NCBI GenBank assembly: GCA_951406725.2
Contig: OX597815.1
Span: 168,020,001 to 168,084,000 of the forward strand
Origin: Octopus vulgaris
Taxonomy: Eukaryota
Length of the DNA: 64,000 nucleotides
Direction of reading: 5' to 3'
Shown here in pieces: positions 52,231-64,000 of the stretch. Numbering within the stretch: the first letter of the stretch is position 1; the number at the start of each line of letters is the position of its first letter. Under the pieces are notes generated by a model. The model ran no database searches, was not told the DNA's origin, and worked only from the letters and a program-made list of their open reading frames with translations. A program made the translations under genes and the position numbers.

Positions 52231-55070
52231 TATTTATATTTTTTTAAATAATTAAAAATGTTCTCTGTTTTCTTTCTAAGCATTTTTCAAAAAGTAGCAT
52301 ATGTTGGATAGGTCAACCACTTTAGATATATATATTTTGCTCGAATTCCAGAAGCCACCTTTGTAAACTTCCTCCAAAACGTTTTGCAATAGTTTGCAGG
52401 CGCGGCTGTGTGATAAGTAGCTTGCTTACCAACCACATGGTTCCGAGTTCAGTCCCAATGCATGGCACCTTGGGCAAGTGTCTTTTACAATAGCATCAGG
52501 CCAACCAAAGCCTTGTGAGTGGATTTGGTAGATGGAAACTGGAAGAAGCCCTTCATATATATATATATATGTGTGTGCATCTTTGTGTCTGTGTTTGTCC
52601 CCCACCACTATTTGACAACCGGTGTTGGTGTCTTTATGTCTCTGTAACTTAGCAATTCAGCAAAAAAGACCAATAAATAAATACCAGGCTTAGCAAAAAA
52701 ATTAAGCACTAGGGTTGATTCATTCAATGTGGGACCCTAGCATGGTTGCAGTCTAATGGTTGAAGCAAGAAAAAGATAAAAGATATGATATATCTTGAAG
52801 AACCATGCTACCCATACTGACAAGAAAAATTAATATAATTTTTTTTTTTAATCTGTAAGGCTAAGATACCATATTTGAGAGCATAAAAGATGCAAAGGGC
52901 ATGTTAGACAGATACCAGTTTCAGCAACACATACATGAAAAACATTTTTAGTGCATTAAAGCTTATGGGAGACCCAACTTCACTTATAGAATTTGGGGTG
53001 ACTTTCTGAGACATTTTTTTTGGAAAATAATGCATTTTATATGCCATCAAATATGTTAATAAAAACTGATATAGTTATCAATAATATGTAAATTTTCAAT
53101 ATTACTCTTTTACTCGTTTGAGTCATTTGACTGTGGCCATGCTGGAGCACCGCCTTTAATCGAGCAACTTGACCCCGGGACTTATTCTTTGTAAGCCCAG
53201 TACTTATTCTATCGGTCTCTTTTGCCGAACCACTAAGTAACGGGGACATAAACACACCAGCATCTGTTGTCAAGCAATGCTAGGGGGACAAACACAGACA
53301 CACAAACACACACGCACATATATATATATACATATATATGACGGGCTTCTTTCAGTTTCCATCTACCAAATCCACCCACAAGGCTTTGGTCAGCCTGAGG
53401 CTATAGTAGAAGACAAGGTGCCATGCAGTGGGACTGAACCCGGAACCATGTGGTTCGTAAACAAGCTACTTACCACACAGCCACTCCTACGCCTATGTAA
53501 AGATATCTTAAGTATCTGTAAATGGCAATATGTAAAGATATCTTAAGGCAGCAAGCTGGCAGAACCGTTAGCTTGCCAGGCAAAATGCTTAGCAGCATTT
53601 CATCTGTCTTTAGGTTCTGCATTCAAATTCTGCTGCTGAAGTTAACTTTGCCTTTCATCCTTTCAAAATAGATAAAATATGTATCAGTTGAATACCGGGA
53701 TCAGCACAATTGACATAGCTCCTCCCCTGAAATGACTGGCCCTTTGCTAAAATTTGAAATCAATAAGTAAAGCTATTTCAAGTTGAGCTGGCAGAATTGG
53801 CAGCATGCTGAATGAAATGTTTAGCAGCATTTTGTTCATCTTCAAGTTCTGAATTCAAATTCTGCTGAGGTCAATATTGCTTTTCATCTTTTCGGGGTTT
53901 ATAAAATAAGTACCAGTTGAGTACTGGGATTGACATAATCAAACTGTTGGTCTTGTGCCAAAGTTTGAGACAAATATGTAAAGATATTTTATAGACAACA
54001 CAAAACGTTGCCATGGTAATAATACTCAATGTTGGTGCAGCAATGCATAATTAATTTACAAAGCTCTCATAATGGTGGCATACTCTTTACTCTTTTACTT
54101 GTTTCAGTCATTTGACAGTGGCCATACTGGAGCACCACCTTTAGTCAAGCAACTCGACCCCAGGACTTATTCTTTGGAAGCCTAGTACTTATTCTATCGG
54201 TCTCTTATGCCGAACTGCTAAGTTATGGGGACGTAAACACATCAGTATCGGTTGTCAAGCGATGTTGGGGGGACAAACACAGACACACAAACACACACAT
54301 ATATATATACATATACACATATACGACGGGCTTCTTTCAGTTTCCGTCTACCAAATTCACTCACAAAGCTTTGGTCGGCCTGAGGCTATAGTAGAAGACA
54401 CTTGCCCAAGGTGCCATGCAGTGGGACTGAACCCAGAACCATGTGGTTGGTAAGCAAGCTACTTACCACACAACCACTCCTGCGCCTTAAAGTTTATAAA
54501 GTTTTGATAACAACAGTATGCCATACTAATGGCCTATAAAGTTATAACAACAACATACAAGATTATAAATACAACAGTATATAAAAGTGTAAAGGGCCCC
54601 TTTGGTCATGAATGACCATGGGATTGCACCTGGAAAGTTCCCTTCCAAAGCAGAAGTCCAGGCAAGGTTGTTTAAGGAAGATCAGTAGTTGCCCATGCAT
54701 ACCAGCCTCCCCTCTCCATGCCACAGATGTCATCCAAGGGAAAGGCAAAGGCTGATGCAGCTTGGCACCAGTGATGTCGCAACTTATTTCTACAACTTAG
54801 TGAACTGGAGCACTGTGAAATAAAGTGTCTTGCTCAAGAACACAACACACAGACTGGTCTGTAAATCAAACTCACTACCTCTTGATTGTAAACCCAATGC
54901 TCTTACCACTGAGCCATGAACCTTAAGCCTGTCATATAAAATATACATAAAATTGTCATATCAGTGATATTTAATAGTTTTGTATCAACAGTTTATTATC
55001 TCCGCTTTGTAACACCATAATAAGTTTATCATATTAACGGCATTTATAATAAAATATAAGATTATCATAC

Positions 55071-55220
55071 TTTTGAATTGACTTCATAGCCATCAAAGTC
55101 TTTGAGTCGTTTGGCTGATTCCTCTTCCTGGCCCATACTGATCCACGTGTCCGTGATAATGGCATTAGCTCGATACACAGCTTCCTTGGGGTCATTCGTC
55201 AAATGAATCTTCCCGCCATG
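55071..55220 (-). CDS. OTC: OTC internal exon (150 nt; equivalent of human exon 8)
   Basis: ttgtag|CATGGC...TCAAAA|gtatga. Translates [50 protein letters not shown], with the DxWxSMG ornithine-binding loop. Confidence 0.96.
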
Positions 55221-56357
55221 CTACAATATTAAGATAAGTGAAGACAGTGACAAAGTAGCATGGCAGTAAGAATTGATTACTGATGATGAATATGATGATG
55301 ATGATGATGATGATGATGATGGTGATGATGATGGTGATGATATGATGATGATGGTGATGATGGTGATGATGATAATGATGATGATGATGATGACTGACTG
55401 ACAATGATATTGGTGCCTGTATAAAGCCGCTATATTTCTACAATCAGGCATTTCTACAATCAGGTTAGTGGCAAATGATAGTAACTCCTTTCAGCTCGTA
55501 AAAAGTTTCTAACTTTTTCTTCACAACTTATAACTTATCAGCAGATAATTATAACAGTTAAATTATAATGAAATTGAATGGATAACATTCGAGCTATAAA
55601 AGGACAAAGACCCCCTTCAGTCATGAATGACCATGGGATTGCACCTAGAAAGTTCCCCTCCAAAGCACAAGTCTGGGCAAGGTTGTTTATGGAAGACCAG
55701 CAGTCGCCTAGGTATACCAACCTCTCCCCTCATTGCCACCAACGTTATCCAAGGAAAAAGCAAAGGCCAATGCAGCTTGGCACCAGTGACATTGCAACTC
55801 ATTTCTACAGCTACAGCAACGTGTAATAAAATGTCTTGCTCAAGAACACAACACACAGCCTGGTCCAGGAATCGAACTCACTATCTCCTGATTGTGAGCC
55901 CGATGCTCTAACCACTGAGCCATGCACCTTCATTCATTTATGCTATAAAGAGTAATAAATGACAGCTAAACCACAATAAGAAACAGATGACAACTGAGCA
56001 AAACAGAATAACAGAAGATAGTTGAACTACAAATAGCAACAGGTTAAGCTGCAAAGAGCAACAGAGCATAGCTGTACTGCAAACGATAACAGCTGACAGT
56101 TGAACTGCCAAGCATAAACGACCACAGTTGAGCTATAAAGAGCAGCAAATGATGATGGAGCTACATAAAGCAGTAGAAGACAGTCAGGTTGCAAAAAGCA
56201 ACCAGTGCAAGATATATATATATATATATAAAGTTAATCCAAACAAGAAAACACAGAAAAAAAGAAAAAAACACAGCAACGCAGGACGTGGAACAATTAA
56301 AGTATTATTGACGCTCAGGAAAGAAGGGAAGATATTTATATTTATATTTATATATAT

Positions 56358-57443
56358 CGTGAGGAATGAAGCCAGTATGCTCCGATGGATGTGTAATGTC
56401 AGTGTACATACTCGACAGAGCGTTAGCACATTGAGAGAAATGTTGTACCTAAGAAGCATCAGTTGTGGTGTGCAAGAGAGACGATTGCGCTGGTATGGTC
56501 ATGTGGCGAGAATGGATGAAGATAGGTGTGTGAGAAAGTGCCAATCCTTAGCAGCTGAGGGAACCCGTGGAAGAGGTAGACCCAGGAAAACCTGGGACGA
56601 GGTGGTGAAGCACGACCTTCGAACTTTAGGCCTCACTGAGGAAATGACCAGCGACCGAGACCTTTGGAAATATTCTGTACGTGAGAAGACCAGGCAGGAC
56701 AAGTGAGCCCAGCCCACTTATGAATGCCTTTCCTCCCTTGGACACAAAGACCTGTTGAGGCAAGCGAAGTCGATATAGAACCTCATCCAACGATAGGCAC
56801 CCATGCCAACCCCCTTTGCTTGCGAAGACATGTTGGGGCAAGCGAAATCGAAATCGAAACCGAATTGAACCAGCCAGGATCCCTGGTCTGGTGGTACGTA
56901 AAATGCACTATCCGACTCATGGCCGATGCCAGCGCCGCTTCCACTGGCTTCCGTGCCGGTGGCACGTAAAATACTCCAATCCGACCATACGACAGGCACC
57001 CATGCCAACCCCTTTGCTTGTGAAGACATGTTGGGGCAAGCGAAATCGAAATCGAATTGAACCAGCCAGGATCCCTGGTCTGGTGGTACGTAAAAAGCAC
57101 TATCCGACTCGTGGCCGATGCTAGCACGTAAAAAGCACTATCCGACTCGTGGCCGATGCCAGCACCGCCTCGACTGGCTTCCGTGCCGGTGGCACATAAA
57201 ATACACCAATCCGACCGTGGCCGTTGCCAGCCTCGCCTGGCACCTGTGCAGGTGGCACGTAAAAAGCACCCACTACACTCACGGAGTGGTTGCCGTTAGG
57301 AAGGGTATCCAGCTGTAGAAACATTGCCAGATAAGACTGGAGCCTGGTGCAGCCTTCTGGCTTCCCAGATCCCCGGTCGAACCGTCCAACCCATGCTTGC
57401 ATGGAGAACGGACGTTAAACGATGATGATGATGATGATGATGA
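56358..57443 (+). mobile_element. 5'-truncated RTE LINE with long, internally repeated 3' UTR, antisense in an OTC intron
   Basis: RNEASMLRWMCNVS...RRLRWYGHVARMDE.R.V......EGTRGRGRPRKTW; ~200-bp duplication (56795 and 56994); (GAT)n tail. Confidence 0.9.
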
Positions 57444-57998
57444 TCTTGCATTCTTCTTACAGCACTAAGAGTTTTCTAACTCTTATTTCTAACAATGTAA
57501 GTGCTTCAGCACTTTTAGTCACACTTAGTGATGGTTAAATTTTTCCTTTATGGTATTACTATTACATTTCGCCAAGCTGTTTATATTAACTCATATATGT
57601 GGGGGGGGGGGGGGTATGCACGCGTGCGCACACTCATCACAACCAGTAGAACTTTGTGTCTCAACAAAATGAAATAACTGTCTCTGCTCCTTGTCAAACA
57701 GTTTTCTCTGAAGATCATAGTCAATGTAGAAATAGCAAAGGAAGAGGAGGAGCAGGAGATGATACCCATGATGATGAAGGATAACAATGTCAGTGACAAA
57801 CATGACTGGGCTGATAATGATGATGAATATATCAGAAAAATGAAACAGTAATAAGATGGAGCAAAGTTAACAGAAAAATCTTGACAAGATAGTTGGGACT
57901 TTGGTAAAATAAAGATAGCAGGATGGTGATAAATGCAAGCTGTTACGCAACAGCATCTGTTTGTATTCATGCATGTGTGTGTATATATATATAATCTA

Positions 57999-58035
<37 letters not shown>

Positions 58036-58361
58036 TTTGTAAAATTTGATTTAGTATTTCTAAATTGAATTTTTCCCTGTAAGTTTGGAATAATATTCCC
58101 TCATATTATATATATATATATATATATATATAGTCCATACCTGAACTCAAATTACATTCACATCCACCACTTCTTTTATTTTTAAAGTTGTTTTTTTCTT
58201 TCTCTTTCTCTCATTCCTTCTTTTCTTAAATCCTCTGCTTCAAACACTCATTTTGAAAGAGACAGCAGTGGCCATCATATATGTATACATATATATATGT
58301 GTAAGTGTGTGTGTGTATTTATGTAGATAGATCTGTGTGGGTAGGTGTGTTATGTACATAC

Positions 58362-58415
58362 CTTTGCAGAAAATTTATTACATGAATTGATGATACCAGT
58401 ATCAGGCAAATAACC
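58362..58415 (-). CDS. OTC: OTC internal exon (54 nt; equivalent of human exon 7)
   Basis: ttttccag|GGTTAT...GCAAAG|gtatgt. Translates GYLPDTGIINSCNKFSAK; phase 0 on both sides and in frame with neighbours. Confidence 0.88.
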
Positions 58416-58784
58416 CTGGAAAAATAATGTAAGAAAGGTTTAAAAATTAGTTTGATATCAAACACATTTAAATTATACATTTCATAAGTATTGGTTTGGA
58501 GCAAAAGTTTATACACTGTATTTCAAATGGCGGCATTTAAACTCATGATTTCGCGTTTCTCATGTGGCAGAAGCATATAACTAGTACTCATCTCCCAAAA
58601 AGTGACATTTCAACATGTCTTTCTATATGAATACTGTGTGGATAGCTTATTTTTTACTGCTTTTACATTAAAAGCAGAGATAGAGGAAAATGAGAGACAT
58701 TCTTGTCATTTGATCCTCCTTTATTTCTGGAAAGGAAAAATCAGACATTGAATTCAAATAATTATTGTTCTCAATTAATAAGGC

Positions 58785-59130
58785 AAGTGATGGAAAGCAA
58801 CAAGAATTAGCCAATCAGAAGGGTGTCATCTTCTTCAGGGCAGTGTTAGGCCGCATATTACCTTGCAGATAAAGCAGAAATTGGTACAGCTTGGCTGGGA
58901 GCTCGTACCATACCCACCATATTCACCTGACCTTGCACCCACAGATTACCACTTATTTTGTTCCATACAAAATCCTCTTAATGGGATGAACTTCAATTCT
59001 TCGGAAGACTGTAAAAATATTAAGACCAGTTCATGACCCAGAAAGATCTCTAAGTTCTTGGAAAATCAGATCCTGGAACTGTCCTAAAGATGGGAAAAGG
59101 TAGTGGAACAAAATGAGACGTAATGGTTGA
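58785..59130 (+). mobile_element. Mariner transposase C-terminal fossil
   Basis: Manual translation: RPHITLQIKQKLVQLGWELVPYPPYSPDLAPTDYHLF. Confidence 0.8.
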
Positions 59131-59879
59131 ATAAAGGTATGTACAAATATCTAGAAATTGTTTCTGAGTTTTACTTAAAAAATTATGTGCACTTTTGTTC
59201 CATCTCACTAGTCCTACAAATCATAGTGTAGGGAAGCTGCTTGATTGAGAAGTTTGCTTCTGTGAGATCTCACTGTGTAGCATGTTGGGCAGGTGTCTAT
59301 TAACGTAGCATTGGGACAATCTTGCAACTGAAATTCTTGTAGAATATGCAGATAACACTAAGCTATACATAATCATTGTAATTTTAACATCCACTTTTCC
59401 ATGCTTGCCTGAGTCAGATGGAATTCAGTGAGGTAGATTTTCTATGACAAGATGCCCTTGTTACCCATCCTCATTCCAAATAAGGTAATAATCCCCTAGT
59501 TTATCAAACAAAGAACAACCTAGACATAGTTATACAGTCACCTGGAAACAATGAGCTTTTTGTTAGCAAAGATCATACTAAAAAAAACAGACACATGTTT
59601 TTGCTTATAGTCAGAAAACATACAAAAAGAATGACTTCTATATACTATACATCTTCCCCATAATCTGACCTGGACATACGGAGCAATGGACTGCTGACTG
59701 GCAACACAAGCTGGCTACAGATAAATGCACCTCTATACATTATGGGAGAATAACCCCAGAATTAACCAACTCCATCCACAACACCAACCTTGAAAAGTTT
59801 GATGGTGAACGTGTACAAGGCATTATGGTTAACAACAATCTGCATTGGATGAACTACATTTTTAGAATTGTCAAAAAGA

Positions 59880-60330
59880 CTGAGGTGTCTTAGATCTTGA
59901 TCTAAGATCTTTGTCAGCCACTCACCAGCTGTCTGTTTAAAGCTATATATGGATATGGTACATCCATGCTTAGAGTTTGCATCTCCAGTCTGGAACATTG
60001 ACTTACTCTTTTACTTGTTTCAGTCATTTGACTGTGGCCATGCTGGAGCACCACCTTTAGTCGAGCAAATCGACCCCAGGACTTATTCTTTGTAAGCCTA
60101 GTACTTATTCTATCGGCTTATATATGATAAGTTTAACCAGCTTTTTGAATTCAGTATTTCAACCACTCGAGAACATGCTTATAAAATCAGAAAAAGAGTG
60201 CAGCATTCATGACTTTTAGAAACATTTTTGCATGCTTAAAATTGCCAAAGCATTGAAGAAACTATCCACATTGATTGTAGATGTCAGGATACTTTATCCT
60301 TTGAAACTTGTATGGTTCCCAAAATTTGCC
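59880..60330 (+). mobile_element. Old CR1/L2-like LINE fragment split by a SINE-A piece
   Basis: LY..MVHPCLEFASPVWN and TREHAYKIRK remnants. Confidence 0.55.
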
Positions 60331-60555
60331 AACATTATTCCTAACATGCTTATGCACCCTTTCTTCTTCGTGGCTCTCAAACTATTCTTTTCAGTTTTCT
60401 TGTGTTCTTTTTTATCCTATATTTAGCTCTCATTGCTGTCTTTCTTTGCTTGACTTATTGCTACTTTCTGTCCCTTCTTTTGCCCTTTTCTGATATACTG
60501 AAATACACCAGAGCACTATATGCAGTAAGCTCATTATATTCATAATATTAATTAT

Positions 60556-60864
60556 CATCGTGATCACCATGACTGACCAGGCCCTCAGATGTTGCTACAT
60601 ATCACTGGTCACAATGCGCTTCGCATTGTTTTAGCCTTCAAATGATGCCACCCCGCTGGCTAAGCAAGCAGGCCAACAGAAGAAAGAGTGACAGAAAGTT
60701 GTGGCGAAAGAGTACAGCAGGGATCGCCACCATCCCCTGCCGGAGCCTCGAGGAGCTTTAGGTGTTTTTGCTCAATAAACACTCACAATGACCGGTTTGG
60801 GAATCAAAACCGTGATCCTACGACCACGAATCCGCTGCCCTAACCACTGGGCCATTGCACCTCC
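60556..60864 (-). mobile_element. SINE group B (head 1, tail c) in an OTC intron
   Basis: Same head as 14645; 14-bp TSD ataatattaattat at 60542-60555 and 60865-60878. Confidence 0.9.
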
Positions 60865-61585
60865 ATAATATTAATTATATTCATTGTAAATAAAGGGAAC
60901 AAAGAACAAAAAGAAAAAGAAAAGACAAACAACAAACAGAGAAACAATCAAACATACAGAACAAAATTAACTCCTACATCAAAGGTGACAAGTTTGGATC
61001 TTTGCAAGAAACCTTTTATCATTTATTAAGAAAAAGATAGCATTCACAGAAACACTGTTGATGGGCCTGATACTGTGATATTTGTACAGAGATAACATCT
61101 CTTATGGCCATACTATGTTAAACAATAAACACTGTCAATTATTAGGGAAATATTAACATTTACAGAAACACTGTCAATTATTAAGGGAAATACTAGTATT
61201 CATAGAAATACAGTCAGTTATTAGGGAAAGGTTAGTATTGAGACCCTCTTCAGTCATGACTGACCGTGGGATTGCACCTAGAAGGTTACCCTCCCAGGCA
61301 CAAGTCCGGGCAAAGTTGTTTATGGAAGTCGCCCATGCATACTAGCCTCCCCTCTCCACGCCACCAGTGTTATCCAAGGAAAAAGCAACAGCAGATACAG
61401 CTTGGCACCTGTGACGTCGCAACTCATTTCTACAGCTGAGTGAACTGGAGCAACGTGAAATAAAGTGTCTTGCTCAAGAACACAACACGCAGCCCGGTCT
61501 GGGATTCGAACTCACAACCTCACAATCATAAGCTCGATGCTATAACCAATGCAAATTATTAGAAAAGAATGGCATGTAATATTAC

Positions 61586-61708
61586 CGATGGTGTAGCAAC
61601 GCGTATTTCCATTCCAAGCTTAGCACAAGCAATCATCAGAGAGTGGATGATGTTGTTACCATCACCAACCCAAGCCAACTTCAAGTTCTTCAGTTCACCA
61701 AAATGTTC
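61586..61708 (-). CDS. OTC: Ornithine transcarbamylase internal exon (123 nt; equivalent of human exon 6); upstream exons not found in window
   Basis: Minus strand: tttctag|GAACAT...CCATCG|gtaata. Translates [41 protein letters not shown], with the OTC GDGNN motif. Confidence 0.95.
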
Positions 61709-62199
61709 CTAGAAATATGGAAACAATAAGGAAGATAGATAATATTAGCAGATGAAGAAATTCACACTGTAATATACACAAAAACATTAGAAAAGTTAAC
61801 AAAGGAGTTTCTATGTAGTCACTTGATCTGCGAAAAATAGCAGCTGTATATCCCTCAAATGACAACCTACCACCTTTAGAAAAATGAAAAGATACATTTG
61901 GATAACGTAATACAAGGTACACTAAGTAAAACAAAAAATAAGTGTTTGGCTTTGACTAGTATCGTTTTGATTATGGACCGCCAAAAATCTTATATGGTCC
62001 CTGGTTGAGAAGCGCTGCTCTAAAAGATCAGTTGACTGAATCTAATTTTTGCATTTTCTTTAGGAATAAAAGACATTCATGGGCATTGATTGACATTGCA
62101 TAAGTTTCAATGAGTGTTCTAGTTGTTAGTTCAAATATAAGTGGCTGAATATTCCATAAACAATACAGTCATCAAAGTGTCCACAATTAATGGAGAAGA

Positions 62200-63091
62200 T
62201 AGTCATCATCAAATTCAAAGGACTACCTCACATGCAAAACCATTTTCTATCTTTACAAATCCACAATTCGTCCTTGTATGGAATACTGTTGTCATATTTT
62301 GTCACTTAGATCTCCTTGACCAGGTTTAAAAGTGAGTCTCTAATTTAATTAATCCTTCTCTTACTTCAACTCTGCAACCCTTGTCACATCAACATGAAAT
62401 CACCAGTCTTAGTCATTTCTATTGTTACTACTACAGGAAGTGTGAAGGTGTGTGGCTTCGTGGTTAGGGCATTCGGCTCATGACTGTGAGGTCGTGAGTT
62501 CAATTCCCGGCAACGCGTTGTGTCCTTGAGCAAGACACTTTATTTCACGTTGCTCCAGTCCACTCAGCTGACAAAAATGAGTTGTACCTGTATTTCAGTG
62601 GGCCTGCCTTGTCATACTTTGTGTCATGCTGAATCTCCCTGAGAACTACGTCAGGGGTACACGTGTCTGTGGATTGCTCAGTCACTTGCACGTTAATTTC
62701 ATGAGCAGGCTGTTCTGTTGATCGTATCAGCTGGGACCGTCGTCATCATAACCAATGTAGTGCTCCTACTACAGGAAGTCCTCTTATGAACTTTCTCTTT
62801 TAGTTCCATATCACTCTATGTCATCTCGCCTGACTCAAACCCACAGCATCTCCATCAAAATGTTATTGAGCTTCAGTGAATAAGGAAGTCTTTCTACGGT
62901 TGTAGCTTTCTTCCACAAACTACCAGACTGAGCAACTCTCTTCCATCTCACTGTTCTCCTTCATTTTATGACCTGATCTCTTTCAAATCTAAAGTAAGTT
63001 CATTCCTTTCATCTTAATTTCTCCTTCTTTATAGTCCCCTATACCAAGTGGCTTCTTGCTTTCCCTGGGACTTTCTTACAAAAAAAAAAAA
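62200..63091 (+). mobile_element. Old CR1/L2-like LINE 3' end with poly-A, split by the SINE at 62442-62765
   Basis: LYKSTIRPCMEYCCHI, SFFPQTTRL.NSLP and FKSKV remnants; A-tail at ~63081-63091. Confidence 0.65.
62442..62765 (+). mobile_element. SINE group B (head 2, tail a). Other head-2 copies: ~23055-23305(-), 28360-28608(-), 42415-42710(+), 54590-54920(-), 55605-55930(-), 61240-61550(-)
   Basis: tRNA-like head then GTTGTGTCCTTGAGCAAGACACTT...GCTCCAGTCCACTCAGCTG; 14-bp TSD ctactacaggaagt at 62428-62441 and 62766-62779. Confidence 0.9.
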
Positions 63092-63704
63092 CTCCCCAAG
63101 TGTACTCAGCCAGGCATTGCAAGTGGCAAAGCTGTCACTTTGAATTACAAGTATAGTTTCATTTAAATGGATTTTACACAGTTTTTGTTAGGTTAATTCT
63201 GCTTATGAGATTTACTATTTAAGATGAAGTAGAGAACAAACTGCCGGCATCAGTTGTTAGTTGTCGGAGCACTGCATCAAAACTTCCATGCTTCCTGAGA
63301 TTTGCCAACACTTAATATTCCCCCCCTCCATACACACGCAAGCATGTATCTGACTCATACACTGTTCGCTTCCAGACATTTGTACATTACTGCATATGCT
63401 TTATATGCACTTTTGACAAGTTGTGGTGCACCTGAGCACTGTATACAATAATTTCATTATTTTTATTATAAGACACCTTATATTGTTGTAGACTGGGATC
63501 AAACAAAGGATCATATGATTATGGAGCAAACTTCATAACCATTTCCTCATGCCTGTTCTCTTATCCACATCTCACACACACACACAAAGGTAATTGGTTG
63601 AAGAATTATAATTCCAGCCATGGCTATTGTGGGCATCTAAGACTTAACTTGAGATATTCAAACATACAATATTGTTTTAAAGATGGCAAATAGTATGTCA
63701 CAAA

Positions 63705-63938
63705 GGCGGTAAGCTGGCAGAAATGTTAGCACACCAGGCGAAATGCCTAGGCGTATTTCGTCCGCCATTACATTCTGAGTTCAAATTCTGCCGAAGTCGA
63801 CTTTGCCTTTCATCCTTTCGGGGTCGATTAAATAAGTACCAGTTACGCACTGGAGTCGATGTAATTGACTTAATCCCTTTGTCTGTCCTTGTTTGTCCAC
63901 TCTATGTTTAGCTCCTTGTGGGTAGTAAAGAAATGGGT
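63705..63938 (+). mobile_element. SINE group C (AAGGCGGCGAGCTGGCAGAA head). Other copies: ~11530-11905, 25120-25225, 30770-31745, 34643-35270, 40272-40505, 47860-48030, 49615-50710, 53545-53975
   Basis: GAGTTCAAATTC B-box-like motif and core GTCGACTTTGCCTTTCATCCTTTCGGGGTCGAT..AAATAAGTACCAG; 17-bp TSD aaatagtatgtcacaaa. Confidence 0.9.
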
Positions 63939-64000
63939 AAATAGTATGTCACAAAAAAGAAAACATTGCCACTACCTTAATCATGTAGCAACTTGTTTGT

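Noticed and set aside
56128-56706. 192-aa ORF as a host gene nested in the OTC intron
   Set aside because: Chimera of intron sequence, a Penelope-like remnant and the RTE C-terminus.

Overview
AT-rich, microsatellite-dense animal DNA. The SINE and microsatellite landscape suggests an octopus or other coleoid cephalopod; this is an inference, not a database result. Almost all ORFs in the track are simple-repeat artefacts. One host gene is clearly present: the last five coding exons of ornithine transcarbamylase (OTC) on the minus strand (61708 to 50996), with canonical phase-0 GT-AG introns. The rest is a nested mobile-element landscape: CR1/L2-, L1/Tx1-, RTE- and R4/Dong-like LINE remnants, Tc1/mariner fossils, MITEs and foldbacks, several Helitrons, three or more tRNA-derived SINE groups, and Penelope-like remnants beside (TA)n. 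The main finds are a complete type-I hammerhead ribozyme (29473-29551, minus) and minimal hammerheads, one pair sitting inside a ~325-bp palindrome. Others are a head-to-tail Helitron dimer with a PIF1-helicase fragment and satellite, SINE head x tail shuffling, a 0.6-kb duplication containing a candidate 57-nt exon, and CpG decay over the OTC gene body. OTC exon and hammerhead coordinates were read base by base; most repeat boundaries are approximate (about +/-10-20 nt).
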